From NCBI GenBank assembly GCA_963664875.1, contig OY761611.1, positions 340,511-404,510 of the forward strand: a stretch of 64,000 nucleotides of DNA, given 5' to 3'. A program made the translations under genes and the position numbers. The notes beneath the pieces are model-generated. The model was given only the letters and a program-made list of their open reading frames with translations, was not told the DNA's origin and searched no databases. This document shows positions 28,952 to 37,799 of the stretch, piece by piece. Origin of the DNA: Candidatus Kapaibacterium sp. (lineage in GTDB: Bacteria; Bacteroidota; Ignavibacteria; Kapaibacteriales; UBA2268). The first letter of the stretch is position 1. Every line of letters begins with the position of its first letter.

Positions 28952-30214
28952 ATGCAAATTTCCGGATTGAGATACGGCTCTCGTTTGCTAAATCTGGTTG
29001 AATTTCCATACGCAGATTTTCTTACCGGTAGTTCTACTAAAGAAGAAATTCAATCTATGCTCGACAAAAACGGTAAGGTTGTTATCAAACCTCAGTTTTC
29101 AGGTGGAGTAGGCAAAAAAGGTAAAGCCGGTCTTGTAAAAATAGTTGATAACATTCATGATGCTTTCAGAGCAAAAGAGCAACTTTACTTTGCTGAACAT
29201 ACACACGGAAATAAAACTATAAGAGCAAATGGCGTAACTTTCGAAGAGTTTATCCCTTCGGAAGTTGAGTTATATTTTTCAATAACTAATTCCACTATAG
29301 AGAGAAAGCCAATTTTCACAATCACACCGAATGGTGGTGTTGATATAGAAGATTTGCCGGCAGAAAAGAAAAACGTTACTTGGATAGATCCTCTTATTGG
29401 TATCAAATCTTTTGATATTACAAATGCTCTAAATGATTTGAACTGTCCTTTGGAATTTATTTCTCCTTTGGTACAATATCTACCAAAATTATGGGATTTG
29501 TACAGCAATTATGGTGTATCTACACTTGAAATAAATCCTATAAGAATGAAAAGGGTCGGATCCTCATATGTTCCTGTTGCGTGCGACCTCAAAGTTGCAT
29601 TCGATCAAGATAGCCCTGATTGGAAACGCGTCGAACTTCCAATGTCAATTTTTCAATCAGAAACTACTGAATTCGAATCTGAAATCAATAAATTGAGAAC
29701 ATATCAAGGGCAGAGCGACGTTGTTGAGCTTAATGCCAATGGTTCTATTATTCCGTTTATGTTTGGTGGTGGTGCTAACTCCGCTGCTACTGAAACTTTA
29801 GGCAGCCGTGCAATTTTCGCTTCAGATTTTGGTGGCAACCCACCTTATGAAAAAATGTATGAAATATCTAAAATCGTCTTCAAGCACTGGTTAGACAAAG
29901 CTAACACACTTTTGCTAATCGGAGGGAAGGCAAACAACACTGATATTTATGTAACATTCAAAGGCATTTTTGATGCACTCAGAGACCATATTGCAGAGCA
30001 TGGCAATAAGCCAATTTACACTGTAATTGGAAGAGGTGGTCCAAACCTTATACAAGGTATGTATTACGGTAAAGATATTTTAGATACTATGAAATTGCCT
30101 TATAAAATGTTCGGGTTTGATTCTTCTATGATACAGACTTTAGAATATGCCAAACGTATTGACGAATGGTGGGGCAAAGAAGGCAAGGCAGATTACATAA
30201 AAAAACATATGTAA
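28952..30214 (+). CDS. ATP-citrate lyase family, small (AclB/SucC-like, ATP-grasp) subunit
   Basis: Collinear with the succinyl-CoA synthetase beta / ACLY N-terminal module: VIKPQFSGGVGKKGKAGLVKIV, LEINPIRM, FMFGGGANSAATETLG, LLLIGGKANNTD. Start at MQISGLRY (28952); the track ORF starts at 28904. Confidence 0.7.
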   Translation: MQISGLRYGSRLLNLVEFPYADFLTGSSTKEEIQSMLDKNGKVVIKPQFSGGVGKKGKAGLVKIVDNIHDAFRAKEQLYFAEHTHGNKTIRANGVTFEEFIPSEVELYFSITNSTIERKPIFTITPNGGVDIEDLPAEKKNVTWIDPLIGIKSFDITNALNDLNCPLEFISPLVQYLPKLWDLYSNYGVSTLEINPIRMKRVGSSYVPVACDLKVAFDQDSPDWKRVELPMSIFQSETTEFESEINKLRTYQGQSDVVELNANGSIIPFMFGGGANSAATETLGSRAIFASDFGGNPPYEKMYEISKIVFKHWLDKANTLLLIGGKANNTDIYVTFKGIFDALRDHIAEHGNKPIYTVIGRGGPNLIQGMYYGKDILDTMKLPYKMFGFDSSMIQTLEYAKRIDEWWGKEGKADYIKKHM

Positions 30215-30256
30215 TCTATAATTTTTAGTATTAGAAATTAAATAACGGAATAAACC

Positions 30257-32980
30257 ATGACTCAATTGCAAACCAAACCCTTTCCATATTATGTAGGGGT
30301 TTACTCTCTCGAAGAATTAGTCAATAAAGACTCAAGAGTGTGTGTCATAAATATATTAGGCGGCGAAAGCCGAAAAGTTACTCCTGTTTCTCATGAATAT
30401 AGCAATGGCAATGTAGTTGCCGGTGTTCAATATGGCAGAAGAGGTGAATTAGAAACAAAAAAAGGTAATATACCTGTTTTCCGCTCTATCAGAGATGTAA
30501 TGGATAACGGAATTACATTTGATGTTGGTGTTATCTATTTACCTCCAAGTGCTGTAAGCCAAGCAGTAGCTGAATTAGTAAATTTCAATCCTGACTTGAA
30601 ACGCATAGTAATTGTTACAGAAAAAGTGTCTTCTTATGATTCTATGGCAATTCGTGTTATTTGCCAGGAAGCCGGTGTTGATGTGATTGGCTGTAACTGT
30701 TTGGGTGTTGCAAACGTTTGGGACCATGTTCGTGTTGGTGGAGCTCTTGGTGGTGACAAGCCGGAAGAAACATTGCGTCCGGGTTCTGTTGCAATTCACT
30801 CCAACTCAGGTAACTTCACAACTACCATATCAGAATATCTAAGAACTGCCGGATTTGGTATTTCAACTGCAGTTTCATCAGGTAAAGATGTATATATACA
30901 TTTTGCACTTCCTGAATTTTTGTTTGCCGCTCAGAATGATCCGCGTACTAAAGCAATAGCTCTGTATGTAGAGCCGGGTGGATATTATGAAAAACAAGCT
31001 TTGGATTGGATAGAAGAAAGAAGATTTGCTTTCAATAAACCTATTGTTGTTTGCGTAACCGGAAGATGGAAAAAAGATTTGCAAAGATCTTGCGGACACG
31101 CTGGAGCTCTCGCAGGTGGCGGTGACGATGCAATAAGTAAAGAGCAATGGTTTGATGATTACTTTGGCGTGGGTGTCTTTGATCCTGAAAATCCTGTAGT
31201 AAGCAAACGTGGTGTTCGTATTGCTTCTATTCAAGATTTTCCTAAGGCAATGCACGCAGTGTATGCTAAGATTGATGAAAAACCTGACTTCGATGCAACA
31301 GGTGACTTGTCTTTGAAATTATGGATAAGTGACAACGTAGTAAAAGTTCCAAAAGAATTAGATTTACAAGTTGTTCAGGCAATTGAACCATATAACAAAC
31401 AGATTCTTGAACAGAACAAACAAATAGGTGCGAATTATCTAAGACAGAGCATGGCTGATAAATCAGGTGCTTCCCGTATGGATAAGAAAACTCAGGTAGC
31501 ACATCTACATGGAAAATCTATATTAGATTTGTCTAAATATTCTATAGAAGAGAATTTGTACTTCTCGTTGGCTAAAATTTTGCCTGATCAAGATGATGTT
31601 AATTCAATAAATATTCTCTTAAATCTCTTTTTGCAGGTAGAATCACATCAAATAGCTAATCTACAATATGCAAAAGGAAATGATTGTACGCCAAATGCAT
31701 TTATGGCTTCTCAGTTAGCTGCTATTAGTAATAAACCACTACTTGCAAATATTGCTAATTATAGCGCTATGCTAATAGATGTAATAAGAGAAAACGGTAT
31801 AGATACTAATACTAAAGATTTAGGTTCTTTGCTCAATAACTTTATAGAAGAAAAGATACTTACAGATGATGCTTTAGAAAATGAAGCTGCTGATATTTTA
31901 GAAAAAGAGATTTTGAAATCTAAAAAGCAATGTATTTCCCTCAATGTCATTCAGCATATATTGAAATATGCAGCAGATAAAAAGAAAAATATCAGAAACA
32001 AGTACGAGTTTTTATTATCTGGCATGTCGCTATGTATCTTCTGGAAGCCTATGTTAGAAAAACGTATTACCAGAGATGTAGCTGAAAATGCACTCAGTTA
32101 TTTTTATAGTGTTGCACAATTAGTTGCTTTTTCGGTTACTGATGCCGACAGCAATAAAATGTGGAAAGAACTGACTGCCGGCAAAATCAAAAATATTACT
32201 AATAGTTTCACAGATAATGTATTTAAGATACTTTTCAACAGAGTACCAAAACCTGAAGAGTTGACCGAATTGAAATATCTTGTTGGACTCACTTTGACAA
32301 ATGGTCCGGGTACTATCTCTGCAAAGGGAGCAAAAGAAACAGTATCTGCAAGAAACTATATTCCAACTGCTTACGTAGGATTTTTAGTTAATACAGGTCT
32401 TGCTCATGGTGGTAATGGTTTCGAAGCTGTAGAGTTTTTGTTAAACAATTTCAAAGATTCTGATCTTAAGAATCCGGGCGATAAAAACCATGAAATTGAT
32501 TTAGCTACTATAGCAAAAAATGCTGCTAAAGAATACAGAAAATTCAAAAAACTCGAAAAAGAAAGTGGAAAAATGAACTACGCAAAAATCCCTTGCGTTA
32601 ATCATCCTGTTTTCAAAGGTAATGATGTAAATATTGATCCTCGCGAAGATTTCGTAAGAAAAGAACTCGAACAATCAAATATTTATAACATTTTCTTGGA
32701 TTTCTACCACAAACTTGTTGTTGAGTTATTCAATGAAGGTGCAACTAAAAACGTATTCTGTGTCAATGTTGATGCAGTTATTTCAGTCATTGCACTCAAA
32801 CTTGTTTGGAATGATTTACAAAAAGGAACACTTTCCAAAAAACAAGTCCAGGATCTTGTATTTATTTTATTCCTAATTGGTAGAGCTGTGGGTGTATCTG
32901 CGGAAATAGCAGACCACAGGGATCGTGGTCAGGATATGGACTGTAGAACTCCACAATCAGCACTGGGATTTGTACTGTAA
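30257..32980 (+). CDS. ATP-citrate lyase family, large subunit (SucD-like CoA-binding domain with phospho-His, plus citrate-synthase/citryl-CoA-lyase-like C-terminal domain), with ~250-300 extra residues between the modules
   Basis: CoA-binding/SucD-like N-terminus with SCGHAGALAGGGDD (active His loop, cf. GHAGA). C-terminal part matches the ACLY citryl-CoA-lyase module by eye: LTLTNGPGTISAKGA, CVNHPVFKGNDVNIDPRED, FCVNVDAVISV, FLIGRAVGVSAEIADHRDRG. Confidence 0.7.
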   Translation: MTQLQTKPFPYYVGVYSLEELVNKDSRVCVINILGGESRKVTPVSHEYSNGNVVAGVQYGRRGELETKKGNIPVFRSIRDVMDNGITFDVGVIYLPPSAVSQAVAELVNFNPDLKRIVIVTEKVSSYDSMAIRVICQEAGVDVIGCNCLGVANVWDHVRVGGALGGDKPEETLRPGSVAIHSNSGNFTTTISEYLRTAGFGISTAVSSGKDVYIHFALPEFLFAAQNDPRTKAIALYVEPGGYYEKQALDWIEERRFAFNKPIVVCVTGRWKKDLQRSCGHAGALAGGGDDAISKEQWFDDYFGVGVFDPENPVVSKRGVRIASIQDFPKAMHAVYAKIDEKPDFDATGDLSLKLWISDNVVKVPKELDLQVVQAIEPYNKQILEQNKQIGANYLRQSMADKSGASRMDKKTQVAHLHGKSILDLSKYSIEENLYFSLAKILPDQDDVNSINILLNLFLQVESHQIANLQYAKGNDCTPNAFMASQLAAISNKPLLANIANYSAMLIDVIRENGIDTNTKDLGSLLNNFIEEKILTDDALENEAADILEKEILKSKKQCISLNVIQHILKYAADKKKNIRNKYEFLLSGMSLCIFWKPMLEKRITRDVAENALSYFYSVAQLVAFSVTDADSNKMWKELTAGKIKNITNSFTDNVFKILFNRVPKPEELTELKYLVGLTLTNGPGTISAKGAKETVSARNYIPTAYVGFLVNTGLAHGGNGFEAVEFLLNNFKDSDLKNPGDKNHEIDLATIAKNAAKEYRKFKKLEKESGKMNYAKIPCVNHPVFKGNDVNIDPREDFVRKELEQSNIYNIFLDFYHKLVVELFNEGATKNVFCVNVDAVISVIALKLVWNDLQKGTLSKKQVQDLVFILFLIGRAVGVSAEIADHRDRGQDMDCRTPQSALGFVL

Positions 32981-33007
32981 ATTCCTTAATCTGAATTGTT
33001 AAATTTA

Positions 33008-33044
33008 AAAGGCTGCATATTTCCAATAAGAAAATGCAGCCTTT
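33008..33044. terminator. Bidirectional terminator hairpin
   Basis: aaaggctgcat-[15-nt loop]-atgcagccttt, between convergent genes. Confidence 0.7.
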
Positions 33045-33071
33045 TCTTTAAGGCAGATACTTTAAAATGTT

Positions 33072-34385
33072 TTATCTTTTTATTCTGATTGCTTTTACCG
33101 GCCAATCTACATTCTCATCTGTAACTTCATATATTTCAATGACTCCTTTGTCTTTCAAAATATTTACAAGAGCATAAGTTGGACCTGTTGCATAACCTTT
33201 GTTAGCCAAAATTCTGGTAACAAATGATCTGAGACCAAGATATTGGAAATTATCACTATTAGCTGTAATAGTTTCAGACTTATCCAATTCTTTTAACAAT
33301 TGTTCTTCAGTGATAATCCTGTCGCCTTCGTTGCTGTCGTCGTTCATAGACTGATTAAGATTGATTTTGCCTAATACTTTCAATCCTATACGAGATTCTG
33401 TATTCAATTCACCTAATTTAAAATCAGAACCTTCGAAAGCCTCTATCGTTGCTTCTCGTATAGCTTCCTGTTCTGTTATGCTAAATCTAAATTCGTCGAT
33501 TCCTGACTCAGCATTGCTGATAATCAGCATTAAATCATGGTGGAGTTCTTCTGCAGTTCTTAGTTCGTCAATAGAAAAATAGATATTATGAGCAACTTTA
33601 TTTCTAATAGAGAATAATTCCCGCCATTTTTTTTCAAATTGCTTATCCTGAAATGCTGTTTTGAAAAACTTATTATAGTTTGTTTGCAAATCATTTTTCA
33701 ATTTGAATAAGTCTTCCGGGGAGGAAGCAAGCATTATTTTATTTACTATGCTCTCTTGCTTATTAAATCCTGCTACATGTTTGTAAATAACTTCTCCTAA
33801 GTCATTAAAATCTATGAGAGAAACATCTAAATCAACAAATCCGGAAAAGAGATTTTCGTTTTCTTTTCTAACTTTAATTTTATCAATGAGTTGCTTAGGA
33901 AAGTTAGTGTTCCACCAATTAACTCCGATTTTGAGGGTAAAAAATTTGACTATATATCTTCTCAGAGCATTTTCAACTTCATTTACAAGTGGGTAAATAT
34001 CAACGGCAATTTTTGCAGAAACATCGTCTTTTAAAATTTTCAAATTAGAGAAAGATAGTTTTGCTTTTAAATGTTTTATTAGCTTAAATCTAAATTTTTC
34101 CAATTGCTCAAAGTTTGAGCTCCAAACATTTAGTAAAAAAGCTGAGTCAATCAAATCATTTAATGTATTGCTTGTATCAACGGATTGTATAATCACATCA
34201 ATTCCGGTCCCTTTGTCGTGAATTCTAAACTGTTTTTTTGCATAATTAGATTGATCTTCGGGTGTTTCCCATAAAGATTCCATAAATAAAAGACCGTGTA
34301 CCATGGAGCTCTCAGTTGAAATTTCAGCATTACCATATTTATCAATTGCCAGAATTTCAAAGTTTAAAGGGATGTCGTTATTCAT
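33072..34385 (-). CDS. Hypothetical protein with Rx4H HEPN-like motif (possible Abi/defence-associated RNase)
   Basis: No TM/signal; motif ELFSIRNKVAHNIYF fits the HEPN Rx4-6H signature as in Abi_2/Swt1-type HEPN domains; the rest is unassigned. Orphan gene bracketed by a terminator and a promoter region. Confidence 0.4.
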   Translation of the reverse strand: MNNDIPLNFEILAIDKYGNAEISTESSMVHGLLFMESLWETPEDQSNYAKKQFRIHDKGTGIDVIIQSVDTSNTLNDLIDSAFLLNVWSSNFEQLEKFRFKLIKHLKAKLSFSNLKILKDDVSAKIAVDIYPLVNEVENALRRYIVKFFTLKIGVNWWNTNFPKQLIDKIKVRKENENLFSGFVDLDVSLIDFNDLGEVIYKHVAGFNKQESIVNKIMLASSPEDLFKLKNDLQTNYNKFFKTAFQDKQFEKKWRELFSIRNKVAHNIYFSIDELRTAEELHHDLMLIISNAESGIDEFRFSITEQEAIREATIEAFEGSDFKLGELNTESRIGLKVLGKINLNQSMNDDSNEGDRIITEEQLLKELDKSETITANSDNFQYLGLRSFVTRILANKGYATGPTYALVNILKDKGVIEIYEVTDENVDWPVKAIRIKR

Positions 34386-34577
34386 ATTACCTCTGTAGTA
34401 TATAATAAATAAAGTAAATATACAAAATATTAGCTACATAAATGAAAACATGTGAACAATTATTCGCTCTATCCGTATTGTATTAAAGTCAAATATTGGT
34501 ATTTAATCTCAACTGTTTTGATTATATTGGCTATCCGTCAGATTTGTTCGATACTTCTAAATAAACGATAAATATTT

Positions 34578-37500
34578 ATGCGCAATAGATACTTTATATC
34601 ACTTTTGTTATTTTTTCTAAGCAGTATATATGCATACAGTAAAGAAGCAGATACATTATCCGGTAGTCAGAGCAAAGAAATAATTGAAGAGCACATTATA
34701 TCTAACCCCAAAAGTATTATTCAGGAAGTATTGCGAAATACTGAATCAGTAGAATCATTATCTCTGCAAAAAAAAATTATTCTTGCAAAAGCCTTTTATT
34801 ATAACAATCAAAACTCACAATCCAAAAGACTTTTAAAAAACATCTTAGATTCCAGTAGTGTTGGTAATCCTGTAAATTTAGAAGCTAAACACTTCCTAGC
34901 AAGTGTATTTTATCGAGAAAATGATCTAAAAAATGCTCTCAAGTTTGCTTTAGAGTCAAAGGATAAAATAACCAATGAGAATATGAAAGCAGAGTCAAAT
35001 AATACTCTCGGTTGTATCTATTATCAGCTTAAAGACTATAATTCGGCATTAGAATATTTTAAAGCAGCAGCTCTTATTCAAAAGCAGAAAAATGATTTCA
35101 AAGGTTTGTCTATCACTTACAATAATATGGGTTCTTTGTATTATGAAATAGAGAACTACTCAAAAGCGATTGAATTCTTAGACTATGCTTATTTACTAAA
35201 AACTAAATATGCAAATTTAGAAGATTTGATATCTACTGTCAATAATCTGATTGTGGTTTATAGAGATGCCGGCTTGTCTGAAAAAGCCTTCGAGTATCAA
35301 AATAAACTTATAGATTTGAAAGACTCTCTTTTTACTCAAAGACAGTCCAAAAAAAAAGAGATGATGCAGTCAGTCATAGACAGCACCACAACTTTGATAT
35401 CCGAAGCTATGCAACAAATGCAAAAATTGGAATCGGAAAAAAAAGAATCTCTTCAGCAGGCTCTTAAACACAAAGAAAAGTCTGAAATCAACGAATCCGC
35501 TTTAGAAGATTTAGAATTAGACTATATACTAAATCTTCAGCAGATGAAAGACAAAGAAATTGAGCTCCTCAAACAAGATAATCAAATCAAGGAATTAGCT
35601 TTAACTCAGCAACAAGATTCAATATTGCTACAATCAAAAGCTAATCGATTATTGATGATGGAAAATCAGAAAAAGCAATTGGAGCTGATGAATCAAAAAA
35701 ATATTATAACTTTAGCAGATAAAGAAAGAAAACTGATGGAACAGCAGAAGGCAGCTAAAGAAAGATATATGCTATTGCTTATTTTAGGTCTATTATCATT
35801 CGGATTGATTGCTTTGGTTCTTTACACAAAGTTTAAACACAATCAGAAGATAAACAAACTTCTTGGTGAAAAGAACTACGAATTATCTGAAACGAATAAA
35901 AAGCTAAAAGAATCGCAATATTTTTTGAAAGAAAGCAATACAAGGTTTTCAACCATTTTTCACAGTAGCCCAATACCTTCAACTCTAACAGTATTTCCTT
36001 CAGGATTGTTTCTTGACGCAAATCAAGCATTTTTAAACCTGTTTTCTATAGATAGATCTGATTTGGAAGGAGTATCTCTTAAAGACGTTCCTCTTTGGGA
36101 AAATCCATTACAAAGAGAAGAGCTTATTGCTACATTGAGCAACCGAAAGAAAGTAGAAGGCGTTGAAATGGATTTGAAGGATTTGAAAGGGAATGTATTA
36201 CATACTCTTGTTTTTTCAGAAGTTATTGAAATAAACAATGCTCCTCGAATTCTTACTGTTATCCAAAACATAACTGATAGAAAAAAAGCTGAACACGCTT
36301 TGCAATCTGCAAAAGAAGCTGCAGACTCGGCAAACAGACTGAAGTCAGAATTTTTAGCAAATATGTCACACGAAATCAGAACCCCTATGAATTCGATTCT
36401 TGGGTTTAGTGATTTGTTGAAAAACAGAATTACTACTCCGCAAGAAAAGGAATATGCTGAAGCTATCATCTCTTCCGGGAAAAATTTATTGGTATTGATA
36501 AATGATATACTTGATTTGTCAAAAATTGAAGCAGGACGCTTAGAACTCATATATGATTCTACAAACTTAAAAGAACTTGGCAACGAAATTAAACAGTTGT
36601 TTTCTATAAAATGCCTTCAAAAAGACATTGATTTCAGTTACAATTATAACTCAGAACTTCCTGAAAGTTTCATACTTGACGAAACTCGTGTAAGACAGGT
36701 TTTAGTAAATTTGGTTGGCAATGCTGTTAAATTTACTTCCACAGGCGGCGTGTATTTGAATATTTCAGGAGAATATGCTATACAGAAAGGCAGAATGAAT
36801 TTAATTGTTTCTGTGAAAGATACAGGAATAGGCATTCCTAAAGAACAGCAAAATCAAGTTTTTGAAGCATTTCATCAACAAAAAGGTCAGTCCAACAGAA
36901 TATTTGGTGGTACGGGACTTGGCTTGTCGATTTCTAAAAAACTTATTGAAATGATGGGTGGGAAAATATCGTTGATTTCGGAAGAGCAGTCCGGATCAGA
37001 GTTTATTTTTACGATTCCAAATGTAGAAATATCAAAAGTAGTCCAAAGAAAATCTAATTCTTTTGAAGACTTTCCTTTTGCTAATTATCAATTTGAAGAT
37101 CAATCAATATTGGTCGTTGATGATAATGAACTAAACCGAATTCTACTCAAAGAGTATGTTCGAGATACCGGCTTGATTGTATATGAAGCTGGGAATGGTG
37201 ATGATGCAATCAAAATGACTGCTAAAATGAATCCAAATTTAGTGCTCATGGATTTGAAAATGCCAATAATTGACGGTTTCGATGCCACGAAAACAATCAA
37301 AAGAGATGAAAATATTAAGCATATTCCAATAGTGGCTCTTACAGCTTCGGCAATGAAAAGTGATGAGATGAAGATTTCTGAAACAGGATTTGATGATTAT
37401 CTGCGTAAACCTGTGAATAAAAATGACTTATATAAAGTGCTTTTAGCATTTCTTAAGTACAAAGAGCTCGAATCTGACAACACTAATGAATTTGAAGTAG

Positions 37501-37799
37501 AAAATGTTCAAAATCTCGAAGAAATTGGCAATGATGCTTTAAGTGGATTGATTAACGAACTGGAACTAAAGCATTTAGCTAATGCAGAAAGGTTAAGTAA
37601 AGTGCTGAAGATAGGTGCTGTTCAAGAATTTGCAGATGAACTAAGTCAATTAGCTGAAAAATATCAGGCACAGTTTTTAAATATTTTTGCTGAAGATTTG
37701 AAACATAGGGCAAATACACTTGATCTATTGGGCATTAGAGAAAAGTTAGCAGAGTTGCCAGAAATTAGCGGTAAACTGAAAGAGCAAATATCAGGCTAA
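34578..37799 (+). CDS. Hybrid sensor histidine kinase/response regulator with periplasmic TPR ectodomain (signal/TPR - TM - PAS-like - HisKA - HATPase - REC - C-terminal HPt-like)
   Basis: Signal peptide, TPR pairs, coiled coil, TM (LLILGLLSFGLIALVLY), H-box FLANMSHEIRTPMN, HATPase boxes, receiver (VVDDN...LMDLKMPIIDG). Confidence 0.85.
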   Translation: MRNRYFISLLLFFLSSIYAYSKEADTLSGSQSKEIIEEHIISNPKSIIQEVLRNTESVESLSLQKKIILAKAFYYNNQNSQSKRLLKNILDSSSVGNPVNLEAKHFLASVFYRENDLKNALKFALESKDKITNENMKAESNNTLGCIYYQLKDYNSALEYFKAAALIQKQKNDFKGLSITYNNMGSLYYEIENYSKAIEFLDYAYLLKTKYANLEDLISTVNNLIVVYRDAGLSEKAFEYQNKLIDLKDSLFTQRQSKKKEMMQSVIDSTTTLISEAMQQMQKLESEKKESLQQALKHKEKSEINESALEDLELDYILNLQQMKDKEIELLKQDNQIKELALTQQQDSILLQSKANRLLMMENQKKQLELMNQKNIITLADKERKLMEQQKAAKERYMLLLILGLLSFGLIALVLYTKFKHNQKINKLLGEKNYELSETNKKLKESQYFLKESNTRFSTIFHSSPIPSTLTVFPSGLFLDANQAFLNLFSIDRSDLEGVSLKDVPLWENPLQREELIATLSNRKKVEGVEMDLKDLKGNVLHTLVFSEVIEINNAPRILTVIQNITDRKKAEHALQSAKEAADSANRLKSEFLANMSHEIRTPMNSILGFSDLLKNRITTPQEKEYAEAIISSGKNLLVLINDILDLSKIEAGRLELIYDSTNLKELGNEIKQLFSIKCLQKDIDFSYNYNSELPESFILDETRVRQVLVNLVGNAVKFTSTGGVYLNISGEYAIQKGRMNLIVSVKDTGIGIPKEQQNQVFEAFHQQKGQSNRIFGGTGLGLSISKKLIEMMGGKISLISEEQSGSEFIFTIPNVEISKVVQRKSNSFEDFPFANYQFEDQSILVVDDNELNRILLKEYVRDTGLIVYEAGNGDDAIKMTAKMNPNLVLMDLKMPIIDGFDATKTIKRDENIKHIPIVALTASAMKSDEMKISETGFDDYLRKPVNKNDLYKVLLAFLKYKELESDNTNEFEVENVQNLEEIGNDALSGLINELELKHLANAERLSKVLKIGAVQEFADELSQLAEKYQAQFLNIFAEDLKHRANTLDLLGIREKLAELPEISGKLKEQISG

